Shown: positions 1 through 10,254, counted from the first letter of the stretch. The stretch: 64,000 bases of DNA from an uncultured candidate division Zixibacteria bacterium (GCA_963713865.1 OY970208.1:96001-160000); one strand, 5' to 3'. The notes: generated by a model not told the origin, from the letters alone. A program made the numbers and translations.

Positions 1-1082
1 TTCAATTCAATTAAAATTGAATCTGAAATAGAGTAATCGGTTATAAATTTATTATCTAAATAAGAATCGTGGGAAATATTTATATTGCTATCAGATTTTT
101 GAATAAAACCGCTTTCCTGTAAAACCTTTAACCAGTTATCCCACTGGTATCTTTCACCTTTTAATCCAAAGATTTTACTCTTGGCAATATTTTTTAAAAG
201 CTCTTCAGTCCAGCTATAAATTCTTGCTTCTCTCAGAAGTTTTAGGATATGCAGGATAGTCTTTGGCTCATCTTCTAAATCCTTATATCTTTTTTCCATC
301 TGGTCTAAGCCTAAAACGATTGAGCCAGGTGTTCCGTCTGAGGTAACCTCCTCCCATTTCCTGCCAATCCCTTTTGCCAGCTCCTTTTCCTCTTTTTGGT
401 CCAGGACTCTTGGCTCTACTTTGTTACTCTGGCATAAAGATAAAAGAATTTCCATCTCCTTCTGCCCGAAAACCTGCTCAAACTCTTTCCCGGTTCTGCA
501 GGTGGCAAGGATTTTTAGCTCTTTAGAGTTTTTCCTTAAAACGGTAATCAGCTCATCCAAACCAAATCTACCTGCAAACTTTTCTAAATCATCCAAGAAT
601 AAGATTATCTTCTTTGGTGAGAATAAATGTGGAAACTTGAGGTTTTGAATGTCGATTTTCTCATCAGTAGGTTTTAAGATATAAAAATCTTTGAATTTCT
701 TGGCTACTTCAAAAGCACCCCTGGTCTTACCAATACGGGGCTTACCAGTTATAAAGGCAATCCCTTTCTCTTTTAATGATTTTTCAGCTTGAGTATCGCT
801 TTCCCGGAGAATATAAGTCTCATAGTAGCTGTAGATTCCAAAATCAGAAGGTTCTAATTTAGAAATAGGCTCATAAACCTGAAAATTTTTCCTGAAGTCT
901 TTTAATGTTTCCCTGTGCCAGCCATACAAACCAGGGAAGATGACTATCAAAACTAAGACCACGTATATCTCTGTAAGAAATGCCCAATAGTAAATGGGAA
1001 AATCCGGCAGGATGGTTGGCAAGAAAACAACTACAAGAGTCGGGAGGTAATATCTAACCAGTAAATTTAGAAAAGACTTCAC
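1..1082 (-). CDS. STAND-class P-loop NTPase with two N-terminal hydrophobic segments (3' end beyond window)
   Basis: Hand translation from GTG at 1082 (SD-like AAGGGG upstream) is open to base 1. It shows a hydrophobic N-terminus, Walker A GKPRIGKT (723-746), Walker B IILFLDDLE, sensor LATCR, a GxP-like motif DGTPG and a later SHD. Absent from the ORF track because there is no stop in the window. Confidence 0.8.
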   Translation of the reverse strand, partial: MKSFLNLLVRYYLPTLVVVFLPTILPDFPIYYWAFLTEIYVVLVLIVIFPGLYGWHRETLKDFRKNFQVYEPISKLEPSDFGIYSYYETYILRESDTQAEKSLKEKGIAFITGKPRIGKTRGAFEVAKKFKDFYILKPTDEKIDIQNLKFPHLFSPKKIILFLDDLEKFAGRFGLDELITVLRKNSKELKILATCRTGKEFEQVFGQKEMEILLSLCQSNKVEPRVLDQKEEKELAKGIGRKWEEVTSDGTPGSIVLGLDQMEKRYKDLEDEPKTILHILKLLREARIYSWTEELLKNIAKSKIFGLKGERYQWDNWLKVLQESGFIQKSDSNINISHDSYLDNKFITDYSISDSILIEL

Positions 1083-1178
1083 ACAATTCCCCTTTTTGTA
1101 AAATGGGTTTAAAAGATTTTAATCTTTTTTGGTGGTTTTGTCAAGTGATTTTAGGTGGGGGGTCGTAGTGGTTGCTTT

Positions 1179-1371
1179 CGTAGAGACGCATAGAATACAT
1201 CTCTTCTTTTTTCCGCGTTAGGACAGAATCCGCCTAAGGTGGATTCTGTCCCTACAAAAAATATCCCACCTTGTGGGCAAGGCGGGAATACATACTATTC
1301 ATATTTCGCAGCGCGACCTTCTCGGTACCACTAAAGCGAGGCTAATCCCGCCAACGGCGGGACGCACTACG
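1179..1371. repeat. Cluster of REP-like palindromes
   Basis: Hairpins such as aggacagaatccgcc-taa-ggtggattctgtcc. The motif gcgaggctaatcccgccaacggcgggacgc(a/g)ctacg recurs at about 5712-5747. Confidence 0.7.
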
Positions 1372-1379
1372 AAATAATT

Positions 1380-2444
1380 CTACCCCTTCAAAAACTCCTC
1401 TACCTCTTTCATCAGAGTCTTCAAAATCTCTTTTTCCTTTACCTTCTTAATAACCTTACCCTTCCTGAAAATCAAACCAATCCCTCTTCCGCCAGCCACT
1501 CCCACGTCTGCTTCTCTTGCCTCACCGGGACCATTTACCACACATCCCATAACTGCAACTTTAACCGGTTCTTTAATCTTACCTAATTTCTTTTCCACCT
1601 GCTTGACGATAGTCAGTAAATCTATTTCCATTCTTCCACAGGTGGGGCAGGAAATAAGAGTCGGACCATATTCCCTTAAGTTCAGAGATTTCAAAATCTC
1701 ATATCCGACCCTGACCTCCTCAACTGGATCACCTGTCAGAGAAACTCTTATAGTATCACCTATGCCAAGAGAAAGAAGAGTTCCAATTCCTACTGCAGAT
1801 TTTATCGAGCCTGTTCTTATTGTTCCAACTTCGGTTACCCCTAAATGCAGAGGATAATTTCTTTTCTCTGAAAAAAGCTTATACGCTTCAATCGTTGTCG
1901 GCACATCTGAAGCTTTGAGAGAGACGACAATCTCCTGATAATCCATATCTTCCAGGATTTTAACCTGCTCCAGGGCAACTTCAACCATAGCTATTGGAGT
2001 TGCCTTTCCATATTTATTTAAAATAGACTTTGGAAGCGAAGCTGCATTTACCCCTATGCGTATAGGAATTTTCCTTTCCCTGGCAGATTTTACCACTTCT
2101 TTCACTTTCCATAAAGCACCTATCGTTCCGGGATTAATCCTCAGCTTATCCACACCAGAATCTAAGGCCATCAATGCCAGCCGGTAATCGAAATGAATAT
2201 CTGCTACCAGAGGGATTTTTGCCACATTTTTCATAATCGAGAGTGCTTCAGCCGCCTTTCTATCCAAAACCGCTAACCTGACTATCTCACATCCAGCCCT
2301 CTCCAGCCTTTTTATCTGTCTTAAAGTTGTCTTTACATCTCTGGTGTCAGTAGAACACATCGACTGAACCGAAATCCGGGCGCCACCTCCAATCGGCACT
2401 TTTCCTACATATACCCTTCTGGTCTTATCACGAGCGGTAAACAT
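1380..2444 (-). CDS. ispG: 4-hydroxy-3-methylbut-2-en-1-yl diphosphate synthase
   Basis: SVQSM, ADIHF, RINPG, GDTIRVSL, CPTCGR and AVMGCVVNGPGE motifs. ATG at 2444 preferred over the upstream TTG. Confidence 0.95.
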   Translation of the reverse strand: MFTARDKTRRVYVGKVPIGGGARISVQSMCSTDTRDVKTTLRQIKRLERAGCEIVRLAVLDRKAAEALSIMKNVAKIPLVADIHFDYRLALMALDSGVDKLRINPGTIGALWKVKEVVKSARERKIPIRIGVNAASLPKSILNKYGKATPIAMVEVALEQVKILEDMDYQEIVVSLKASDVPTTIEAYKLFSEKRNYPLHLGVTEVGTIRTGSIKSAVGIGTLLSLGIGDTIRVSLTGDPVEEVRVGYEILKSLNLREYGPTLISCPTCGRMEIDLLTIVKQVEKKLGKIKEPVKVAVMGCVVNGPGEAREADVGVAGGRGIGLIFRKGKVIKKVKEKEILKTLMKEVEEFLKG

Positions 2445-2541
2445 ATTATTTATAATTTCACTTAAATTTCTTTTTGTCAACTATTTTCTTGACATAAATT
2501 TTCTTCTTTCTAAATTGTATGAGAGATTGAAAAATGGTATT

Positions 2542-2615
2542 TGGAGTGCGAACCTTTAGGTTTGCCAATTATTTTTCAAAGTAAATTAAAGGTAAAGCTA
2601 AAGCTTTACACTCCA
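2542..2615. repeat. REP doublet (GGAGTG-footed palindrome pair)
   Basis: tggagtgcgaacctttaggtttgcc ... gtaaagctaaagctttacactcca. An inverted copy lies at 47793-47846. Confidence 0.7.
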
Positions 2616-2655
2616 TTTAGCCCTCATAAAAATTTTTGAAGGATACCGATAGCTA

Positions 2656-3006
2656 ATGTTTTCCAAATATAAGCTAATTTTCATTCTATCAATCATTATA
2701 ATCCTTGCAGTAATCATGTTTTTTGCTCTACACCATAGCGGAATGAGTGAGGATAAATTTATAGAAATCTATATCCAGCTTTCCATAGCTCAAGAAAAGT
2801 TCAGGGATAATCCGGAGAAATTAGTAGCTGAAAGGAAAAAGATTTTTTCTGAATATAAATTTTCTCGAAAAGAGATGGACCGATTTCTAAAATCTTATAA
2901 GAAAAATCCGGAAAAATGGGTTACACTCTGGGAGAGGATAAACCAGCATTTATCTGAATTAATTGAAAGTCAAAGAAACCCTCAATCTAAGGTAAAAGCA
3001 TTTTGA
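2656..3006 (+). CDS. Hypothetical membrane-anchored protein (DUF4296-like helical)
   Basis: N-terminal TM helix and charged helical remainder; TTGACA at 2489 upstream. Confidence 0.6.
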   Translation: MFSKYKLIFILSIIIILAVIMFFALHHSGMSEDKFIEIYIQLSIAQEKFRDNPEKLVAERKKIFSEYKFSRKEMDRFLKSYKKNPEKWVTLWERINQHLSELIESQRNPQSKVKAF

Positions 3007-3350
3007 ATATGCTCTAACATCTCCTTTCCCGAGCTTCTATCAATCGCTATCACGTCAAACCTGAAATCACAACCCGGGAACTGGTACTTTTGCAAAAAAG
3101 CAGTTGCCACTTCAGCAATCTTTTTCTGCTTTTTTAAATTAACCCATCCCTGCGGAGGCCCAAAGGATTTACTTTGACCTGCTTTGACTTCTATGAAAAC
3201 GATGTAATTTTTATCCCTGGCAATGATATCGATCTCTTTATGACCATACCGGTAATTGGTAAATAATATCTCAAACCCTTTGCTTTTGAGATATTCAACT
3301 GCCCTTTTCTCCCCGGATCTGCCTTTTTGAACAGTTCTTATTTTCTTCAA
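2982..3350 (-). CDS. yraN: YraN family (UPF0102) nuclease-fold protein
   Basis: GE..A..YL, EIDII, FIEVK and RFDVI motifs; directly downstream of rnhB. Confidence 0.9.
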   Translation of the reverse strand: MKKIRTVQKGRSGEKRAVEYLKSKGFEILFTNYRYGHKEIDIIARDKNYIVFIEVKAGQSKSFGPPQGWVNLKKQKKIAEVATAFLQKYQFPGCDFRFDVIAIDRSSGKEMLEHIQNAFTLD

Positions 3351-4021
3351 TCGATTTTAAGAAATTCCTGTTTGACCAGGCATTCCATTACCCTTTTGAA
3401 AGACCTGCGGTGAATCTTACAGGGACCGCATTTCTGTAAGGCTTCTAAGTGTACCTTTGAGGAATATCCTTTATTCTGGTCAAAAGAAAACTGAGGATAT
3501 TTTCGGTGAAATTTTCTCATCAAGTTATCCCTCTCAACTTTAGCGATAATCGATGCCGCTGCACAGGATAATGAAAGGGAGTCACCCTTAACCACTGGTA
3601 ATTGTGGAAGTTTTAAATCAGGTATCTTCTGATTTCCGTCTATCAATATAAAATGAGGCGTATTTTTCATACATGAAACAGCTTTATGCATCGCTTTCAA
3701 GGAAGCTCTTAAGATATTCAGCTTATCTATTTCCTTTTCTTTGACAATTCCCACCCCGAAATCCAATGCACTCTCTTTTATCTTTTTATAAAGCTCCTCC
3801 CTTTTCTTGGGGGTAAGCTTTTTAGAATCATCGATCCCCGGAATATCTATATCCTCAGGAAATATTACGCAGGCTGCCACCACCGGACCAGCTAAAGGAC
3901 CCCTGCCTGCTTCATCCACACCTGCTACGAGCTTATACCCTTTACCCCAGAGCTCCTTTTCAAAAAAAAGCTTATCCTCTGCTTTTGCTTTCTTCGTATC
4001 AGTGGATTTGGGTGAGGACAT
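3347..4021 (-). CDS. rnhB: Ribonuclease HII
   Basis: GVDEAGRGPLAGPV, DSKKL, AAASIIAKV and HRRSF motifs. Confidence 0.95.
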   Translation of the reverse strand: MSSPKSTDTKKAKAEDKLFFEKELWGKGYKLVAGVDEAGRGPLAGPVVAACVIFPEDIDIPGIDDSKKLTPKKREELYKKIKESALDFGVGIVKEKEIDKLNILRASLKAMHKAVSCMKNTPHFILIDGNQKIPDLKLPQLPVVKGDSLSLSCAAASIIAKVERDNLMRKFHRKYPQFSFDQNKGYSSKVHLEALQKCGPCKIHRRSFKRVMECLVKQEFLKID

Positions 4022-4024
4022 AAT

Positions 4025-5299
4025 TCACTCCTGAGTAACTATATAAATTTCTCTCTGAATAAACTTCTTGAAAAGGAATAAAGATATTACAAAACAGAAT
4101 AATGCTCCTATTCTTACAGCCCAGATAACCCCCAGGGTCTGTCCCAAAGTCCCGGCTAAAAAACTTCCTATGGGCATAGTTCCCATAAACATCATAGTGT
4201 AAAAACTCATAACCCTTCCCCTGAGCCTATCCGGGATAATCTCCTGCAATAAGGTGTTGGAAGTGCCAACCACTGAGATCATACCCCAGCCTGCACCCAT
4301 TAAAAAGATAAGTGATAAAAAGAAACTTCCGGATAAAGAGAAAAGAAAAAGAGCAATAAAGAAAACTATTATTCCAGCCTGCATATATTTCAGCTTCTCC
4401 TCTGCTTTTCTTGAAGCCAAACCCAAACCAGCAGTGATGGCACCGATACCAGCAGCAGACATAAGAAACCCTAAACCTGAGGCACCTGCTTTTAAGATAT
4501 CACGTGCGAAGACTGGCATTAAGACCGCATAGGAAAAACCAAAGATGCTCATAGATGAAACCATAAGGATCAAAGCTAATCCCCTTTTATTTCCTATCAT
4601 GTAGGAAACTCCCTCTTTGAAGCTAATCAAAAAAGAGCTGTTCTTAGACTGGGAAACCACATCTTTCATCCTCATCAGATTGAGTCCGATTATAACTGCA
4701 ATATAACTTAATCCGTTGATGAAAAAACAACCTGCCTCCCCGGTTAAGCTGATTAAAATTCCGGCAATGGCAGGACCTAAGATCCTGGCTCCGTTGAAAA
4801 TTGCGGAATTTAAGGCAATAGCATTCAAAAGGTCTTCTTTTCCAACCATCTCTTTGATAAAAGCCTGCCTGGTTGGAGCATCAAAAGCATTCACAAAACC
4901 TAAACATAAAGCTAAGAACATTACATGCCAAACCCTTACTAATCCTGTAAAAGTAAGAAATGCTAAGATAAAAGCTAAAATCATTGCACCCGTCTGGGTA
5001 AATATGATGAACTTCCGCTTTTTCACCCGATCAGCCAATACGCCTGCAGGCAGGGAGAAAAACAGAATGGGCAGACCTGCAAAAGCACTTACCGCTCCTA
5101 AGAGGAAAGGTGAATTGGTAATCCTAAAGACCAGCCAGCCCTGAGCCACATTCTGCATCCAGGTTCCGATCAAGGAGATCATCTGCCCGAACCAGAAAAG
5201 CCTGTAATTCCGGTGCCTTAAAGAACGAAAGGTCTGCCAGAACTTTCCCCTTTTATACTCTATAGGGATTTGCTCCGAACTTTTTTGGGTCTCGAACAT
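4025..5299 (-). CDS. MFS transporter (MFS_3/DUF894-like)
   Basis: About 12 hydrophobic segments; RNYRLFWFGQ.IS.IGTWMQ, GVLADR and RGRVMS motifs. Confidence 0.9.
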   Translation of the reverse strand: MFETQKSSEQIPIEYKRGKFWQTFRSLRHRNYRLFWFGQMISLIGTWMQNVAQGWLVFRITNSPFLLGAVSAFAGLPILFFSLPAGVLADRVKKRKFIIFTQTGAMILAFILAFLTFTGLVRVWHVMFLALCLGFVNAFDAPTRQAFIKEMVGKEDLLNAIALNSAIFNGARILGPAIAGILISLTGEAGCFFINGLSYIAVIIGLNLMRMKDVVSQSKNSSFLISFKEGVSYMIGNKRGLALILMVSSMSIFGFSYAVLMPVFARDILKAGASGLGFLMSAAGIGAITAGLGLASRKAEEKLKYMQAGIIVFFIALFLFSLSGSFFLSLIFLMGAGWGMISVVGTSNTLLQEIIPDRLRGRVMSFYTMMFMGTMPIGSFLAGTLGQTLGVIWAVRIGALFCFVISLFLFKKFIQREIYIVTQE

Positions 5300-5320
5300 T
5301 TATCTCCATCATCACAGGTA

Positions 5321-5775
5321 TACCCATGTTGCCTACAACATGGGTTCAATCCGACCTTTACGGGCAAGGCAGTATTACTAAGTGCTTTTCGTAGTGTGAC
5401 CCTGCTTGTCTCGCTGTAAGCGGGGTTAGGGTCGCTCAAAAGAGGCTAAAAGCCTCGCACTATATCTGGTAGGTCAGACAGGAATGTCTTACTTACCTAA
5501 AACCTTTTCAGGTTTTGTTAAATTATACAGGAAATATGAAGGGTTGTAAAGATATTTTTATTGCAGAGGCAATTCATGAATTGCCCCTACCTTCGGGTTT
5601 ATCTTTCCATCTTGAGGACAAAATGGGATTACAAAGAGGTGAAACAGACATTTTGTCTGTTCGTAGCGCGACCCTTTTCCTATTAACGGATCCGCAGGAC
5701 AGGGTCGCATTGCGAGGCTAATCCCGCCAACGGCGGGACGCGCTACGATGGATCAGACAGGATGTCTGACCTACC
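5321..5775. repeat. Mosaic array of REP-like palindromes
   Basis: acccatgttg..caacatgggt; cgtagtgtgaccct..agggtcgc; gaggcaattcatgaattgcccctac; cgtagcgcgaccct..cgcgctacg; tcagacaggatgtctgacctac. Confidence 0.75.
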
Positions 5776-5786
5776 AAAATAAAGGT

Positions 5787-6152
5787 TTACTCTTTAACTT
5801 CCCCTTCTTCCTTTCCCCTCTCCTCTATCTTAGCTGCTTTTCCTTTCATCTTCCTCAGGTAGAAAAGCTTTGCTCTTCTCACCTTTCCCTCTTTTATCCG
5901 CTCTACACTGGAGACAAAAGGAGAATGCAAAGGGAAAACCCTTTCAACTCCTACACCGCTGGATAGTTTACGTACCGTAAAGGTCTGGGAAACCCCTTTT
6001 CCTCTCCTCTGTATTACCACACCTTCGAAGATCTGGGTTCTCTCTTTATCCCCTTCCTTGATCTTAACGTGAACTTTGACCGTATCCCCGGGACTGAAAT
6101 CGATTTTTTTCTCTTTTAGATATTTACCTTCAACTACTGAGAGTAAATCCAT
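5787..6152 (-). CDS. rplS: 50S ribosomal protein L19
   Basis: [24 protein letters not shown] and [11 protein letters not shown] motifs. Confidence 0.97.
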   Translation of the reverse strand: MDLLSVVEGKYLKEKKIDFSPGDTVKVHVKIKEGDKERTQIFEGVVIQRRGKGVSQTFTVRKLSSGVGVERVFPLHSPFVSSVERIKEGKVRRAKLFYLRKMKGKAAKIEERGKEEGEVKE

Positions 6153-6224
6153 CTTGTTCCTCCTTCATTTCTAATAAATCGGCAAATGATTATCTATTCC
6201 ATACTTGCTTTATTATTACGAAAA

Positions 6225-6959
6225 TTATCTACCTTTTTCTATCTCGGAAAGTAATTTTTTATCCTCCGGGCTAAGTATTTTCTTCTCCAAAAGGTCTGAC
6301 CTCTGTGCTAAGGTTTTTTTTAAAGCCTCTTTTTTCCTCCATAATCTTATCTTCTCGTGGTTGCCGGATAAAAGCACCTCCGGCACCTTCAGACCTTTAA
6401 ACTCTGCTGGTCTGGTATATTCCGGATAACCCAAGAGCCCTTCATAAAAAGAATCAGTCTCTGCGGACTGAAAGTTTCCTAAAAAACCCGGGATTAAACG
6501 AACTAAACTATCGAGGATAACCAGAGCCGGCAGCTCTCCTCCAGTCAAAACGTAATCTCCAATCGAGAGCTCTTCTAAATCATACAAAGATTTTATCCTC
6601 TCATCTATCCCCTTATAATGCCCGCAGATAATTATCAGATGCTCTTTTTTTGAAAGGTCAAAAGCCTTTTCCTGGTCAAACTTTTTACCTTGAGCGGAAG
6701 TCAGGATGATATGATAATCTTTTTCCTCTGGAGAAGCAATTGAATCTAAAGCTAAAAACAAAGGCTCTACCATCATCACCATACCAGCCCCACCTCCAAA
6801 AGGAGTATCGTCTATACTTCTATGTTTATCTTTAGTGAAATCTCTAATATCCATTAATTTTATCTGAATTAAACCATTTGTCTGGGCTTTTTTAATTAAA
6901 CTCTCATTTAGAGGGCTTAAAAAAAAGTTCGGGAAAATGGTTAGTATCGAAATACGCAT
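6225..6959 (-). CDS. trmD: tRNA (guanine37-N1)-methyltransferase
   Basis: DDTPFGGGAGMV, SIGDYVLTGGE, YTRP and LLSGNH motifs. Confidence 0.97.
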   Translation of the reverse strand: MRISILTIFPNFFLSPLNESLIKKAQTNGLIQIKLMDIRDFTKDKHRSIDDTPFGGGAGMVMMVEPLFLALDSIASPEEKDYHIILTSAQGKKFDQEKAFDLSKKEHLIIICGHYKGIDERIKSLYDLEELSIGDYVLTGGELPALVILDSLVRLIPGFLGNFQSAETDSFYEGLLGYPEYTRPAEFKGLKVPEVLLSGNHEKIRLWRKKEALKKTLAQRSDLLEKKILSPEDKKLLSEIEKGR

Positions 6960-6982
6960 AAGTTCAAAAAATATAAAAAGTA

Positions 6983-7492
6983 TTAGTCTAAAAGACCATT
7001 CAGGGGCTCTATATAGATGAGCTTTTCTTCGAGGTTAACTTCTTTCACCACCTTTTTTACAAACGGTATATAATATTCTCTCTTATCTTTTCCAACCACC
7101 AGAACAGGGTTAACTGGGGAAAAAAGGACCTCTTTGACCTCTCCGATCATTTTACCTTTCAGGCTTTCTACCTTACAGTCAACTAAATCAAAAAGATAGT
7201 ATCTATCAGGAGGAGCAGGAGGAACATCCTTTTTCTCTATTTCTAAATATTTTCCCTTAAGGGAGTCTGCCTTATTTCGGTCTTCAACCTCTTCAAGTTG
7301 AAGCAGGATTTTCCCCTGGAAAATCCTGCTTCCCCTTATCCTGTAAATTCCCTCCTTACCTTTTGCATCAAAGATAAAGACTTTTTCTACCTGGGTAAAC
7401 CTTTTTAGATCATCAGTCAGAGGAGCTATCAAAAGTTCACCCTTGAGCCCTCTGGCACGGAGGATTTTACCTATGGCTACCTTATCCGAAAT
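6983..7492 (-). CDS. rimM: Ribosome maturation factor RimM (probable ATT start)
   Basis: The frame extends 5' of the track's TTG through ISDKVAIGKILRARGLKGEL (the RimM N-terminal motif). YY..DLV and IPFV PRC-barrel motifs; located between khpA and trmD. Confidence 0.88.
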   Translation of the reverse strand: MSDKVAIGKILRARGLKGELLIAPLTDDLKRFTQVEKVFIFDAKGKEGIYRIRGSRIFQGKILLQLEEVEDRNKADSLKGKYLEIEKKDVPPAPPDRYYLFDLVDCKVESLKGKMIGEVKEVLFSPVNPVLVVGKDKREYYIPFVKKVVKEVNLEEKLIYIEPLNGLLD

Positions 7493-7496
7493 CGTT

Positions 7497-7727
7497 CTAC
7501 TCCAGAATCTCCAGCATTGCCCTCTTACCCTTCTTGGCAGAGGCAGCCGAGATCAGAATGCGAATAGAGCCGGCAGTCTTCCCCTTCTTGCCAATCACTT
7601 TTCCTAAATCACCAGGTCCAACCCTCAGCTCATACACAGTAGTCTTCTCCCCTTCCACCTCTGATACAGTCACCTGATCTGGATGATCCACCAGAGCTTT
7701 GACTATGTTCTCGATAAACTGTTTCAT
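7497..7727 (-). CDS. khpA: KH-domain RNA-binding protein KhpA
   Basis: ALVDHPD.V and [12 protein letters not shown] motifs; downstream of rpsP. Confidence 0.92.
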   Translation of the reverse strand: MKQFIENIVKALVDHPDQVTVSEVEGEKTTVYELRVGPGDLGKVIGKKGKTAGSIRILISAASAKKGKRAMLEILE

Positions 7728-7748
7728 TTTAAACCTCCTTCAAAACAG

Positions 7749-8144
7749 TTATTCAGTTTTTGGTTCAGTTGCTTGAGCCTCTTTACTCTCAGTCTCTTTA
7801 ACTTCTTTAGTTTTCCTCTTTTTCTTTTTCCTCCTCTCCGGAATAAAATTAGAGATCTCCATTCCACTCACATCCACCCCTTTTTTAAGGGCGGCCCATT
7901 TCCTCAACAAACCCATTTTTCGTAGAAGAGAGTTGACCGTATCAGTTGGCAAAGCCCCATTCTTAAGCCAATAATAAACTCTCTCTTCATTTACCTTAAC
8001 TGAAGCTGGTTTATCAATTGGACTATACTGCCCTAAGGATTCAATAAATCTTCCCTCCCGTGGACTGCGAGAATCTGCCACTACGATCCGGTAAAAGGGC
8101 CTTTTTTTAGCCCCCATCCTCCTCAGTCTTATCCTGACTGCCAA
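7749..8144 (-). CDS. rpsP: 30S ribosomal protein S16 (with C-terminal extension)
   Basis: [32 protein letters not shown] start with AGGAGGTG SD. Confidence 0.97.
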   Translation of the reverse strand: MAVRIRLRRMGAKKRPFYRIVVADSRSPREGRFIESLGQYSPIDKPASVKVNEERVYYWLKNGALPTDTVNSLLRKMGLLRKWAALKKGVDVSGMEISNFIPERRKKKKRKTKEVKETESKEAQATEPKTE

Positions 8145-8171
8145 ATACTCACCTCCTTCAGTAATTTAAAA

Positions 8172-9488
8172 TTAAAATCTAAAAATGGTTTTTAACTTCC
8201 TTAAATCCATCTTATGAAAATCTTTAATCATCTTTTGCATCACGTAAAATTGTTTCAGAAGCCGATTGACCTCCTGCAGGTCTGTGCCACTACCTTGAGC
8301 AATTCTTCTTTTTCTACTGCCATCGATAATCTGGGGTTTGAGCCTTTCCTGCTCAGTCATCGAGTTTATGATGGCCTCGATTCTGGTCAGAGCTTTATCC
8401 TCGAATGAGATCCCTTTTAAAGCACCACTTACTCCCGGAATCAGGTTCACCACCGAGTCTAAAGAGCCCATCTTCTTCAGCTGCTGAAGCTGGGTATAGA
8501 AATCTTTGAAAGTGAAAGCTTCCTGTCTTAACTTCTTTTCTAATTTTATAGCCTCTTCCTGACTTATTGCTTCCTGTGCTTTTTCCACTAAGGTTACAAC
8601 ATCACCCATCCCCAATATACGGGAAGCCATCCTATCTGGATAGAATACCTCAATCGCATCTAACTTTTCCCCGGTCCCGGCAAACTTGATCGGTTTACTA
8701 GTTACTTCTTTTAATGATAGAGCTGCACCTCCTCTGGCATCGCCATCTAACTTGGTTAAGAAGATTCCATCTATTCCTAACTTCTGTTCAAAGCTCAAGG
8801 CAATATTTACTGCATCCTGACCGGTCATGGCATCAACTACCAGGATGATTTCCTGGGGTGAAACCTCCTTTTTTATTAAGGAAAGTTCCTCCATCAGCTC
8901 TTCATCTATATGCAATCTCCCGGCAGTATCGATTATTGCTAAATCCAATCCCTCTTCTCTGGTTTTAGCAACTCCAGCCAGGCAGATCTTGATTGGATCC
9001 TCTTTTGAAGAGAAAACTGGCAAACTGAGACTCTTTCCTAAAATTTTGAGCTGTTCAACTGCGGCTGGTCTCTGGACATCAGCCGCAACCAGTAGAGGGG
9101 CTTTTCCTTTTTTGCGGTAGTAACTAGCCAGTTTACCACAGGCAGTGGTTTTGCCTGAGCCCTGTAGCCCGACTAATATCCAGACAGTAGGACCAGAGGA
9201 AGAAAACTTCATCCCTGAATTATCTTTTCCTAAAAGCTGAGTCAACTCATCATAAACTATCTTAATCATCTGCTGTCCCGGAGTTATGCTCTTCAACACC
9301 TCCTGTCCGATCGATTTAGACTCAACTCTGGTGATAAAATCTTTAACTACTTTATAATTAACATCCGCCTCTAAGAGAGCTCTTTTTACCTCTTTTAAGG
9401 CTTCCTTGATATTACTTTCGGTGAGTTTCCCCTGACCCCTAAGCTTTTTCAGGATTAACTCTAATTTATCGCTCAGCTCTGCAAACAT
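8172..9488 (-). CDS. ffh: Signal recognition particle protein
   Basis: GLQGSGKTT, DTAGR, TKLDGDARGG and M-domain IINSMT..ER motifs. Confidence 0.97.
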   Translation of the reverse strand: MFAELSDKLELILKKLRGQGKLTESNIKEALKEVKRALLEADVNYKVVKDFITRVESKSIGQEVLKSITPGQQMIKIVYDELTQLLGKDNSGMKFSSSGPTVWILVGLQGSGKTTACGKLASYYRKKGKAPLLVAADVQRPAAVEQLKILGKSLSLPVFSSKEDPIKICLAGVAKTREEGLDLAIIDTAGRLHIDEELMEELSLIKKEVSPQEIILVVDAMTGQDAVNIALSFEQKLGIDGIFLTKLDGDARGGAALSLKEVTSKPIKFAGTGEKLDAIEVFYPDRMASRILGMGDVVTLVEKAQEAISQEEAIKLEKKLRQEAFTFKDFYTQLQQLKKMGSLDSVVNLIPGVSGALKGISFEDKALTRIEAIINSMTEQERLKPQIIDGSRKRRIAQGSGTDLQEVNRLLKQFYVMQKMIKDFHKMDLRKLKTIFRF

Positions 9489-9605
9489 AATCTATTAGCT
9501 CTTAGACTAATTTACCCAACTTCTGTATGAGTTTACTACCAGCACCTTTTTGTTGGGATATTAAAAAAATAATATAATAATCCCTATATAAAAAGCAAGT
9601 AAAAT

Positions 9606-10254
9606 TTAAGCTTCCCTTAACTTTTTAATAATCTTCTTATAATCCTTGCTTTTGAAAATCGCATCACCTGCTACTAATATAGTTGTCCCGGCGTCTTTCA
9701 CCTTTTTGGCAGTGTTCTGGATTTATCCCCCCATCCACCTCTATCTCTACCTTTAACTTATTATCCTGAATGAACTTCTTAGCCTTTTTAATCTTCTTTA
9801 TAATCGAGTTTATGAACTTCTGTCCCCCGAATCCGGGATTTACGCTCATAAGCAAAAGTAAATCAATCTCTCCCATAATAGGCTTAGCCAGACAGAAAGA
9901 GGTTCCGGGATTCAGCACGCATCCGTTTTTTATACCTAAGTCTTTAATTTTGGTCAAAGTCCGGTGGATATTTCTATTCCCTTCTGAATGAACAGTAAGA
10001 TAGTCAGCTCCAGCTTGAACGAATTTTTCTAAGTATAAATCTGGATTCTCAATCATCAGATGAACATCTAAGGGGAGTTTGGTGCACAACCGGACAAAAT
10101 TTACCAACATTGGTCCGAAGGTGATATTGGGAACAAAATGACCATCCATTATGTCCAGATGGATCAGGTCTGCCCCTGCTTTTTCGACCTTTTTTATCTC
10201 CTCTTCTAAATACCTGAAATCTGCAGATAGGATTGAAGGTGCAATTTTAATCAA
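9606..10254 (-). CDS. rpe: Ribulose-phosphate 3-epimerase (1-bp frameshift near 9718)
   Basis: IAPSILSADF, HLDIMDGHFVPN, MSVNPGFGGQ and VDGGIN motifs. The conserved tail TAKKVKDAGTTILVAGDAIF..LREA* lies in a shifted frame ending at 9606. Confidence 0.9.

Noticed and set aside
1825-1845. ispG GVTEVG in place of the usual GVTEAG, and pfkA MGH in place of MGR
   Set aside because: Single substitutions in an error-prone assembly; they cannot be distinguished from natural variation or base-call errors.
5515-5721. ORFs over palindrome clusters (also 15356-15683, 34256-34621, 35811-36104, 57174-57356, 62299-62547)
   Set aside because: They translate REP, attC or hairpin DNA and have no protein-like features.
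9489-9605. SRP RNA or riboswitch upstream of ffh
   Set aside because: No recognisable SRP domain IV motif or stable structure.
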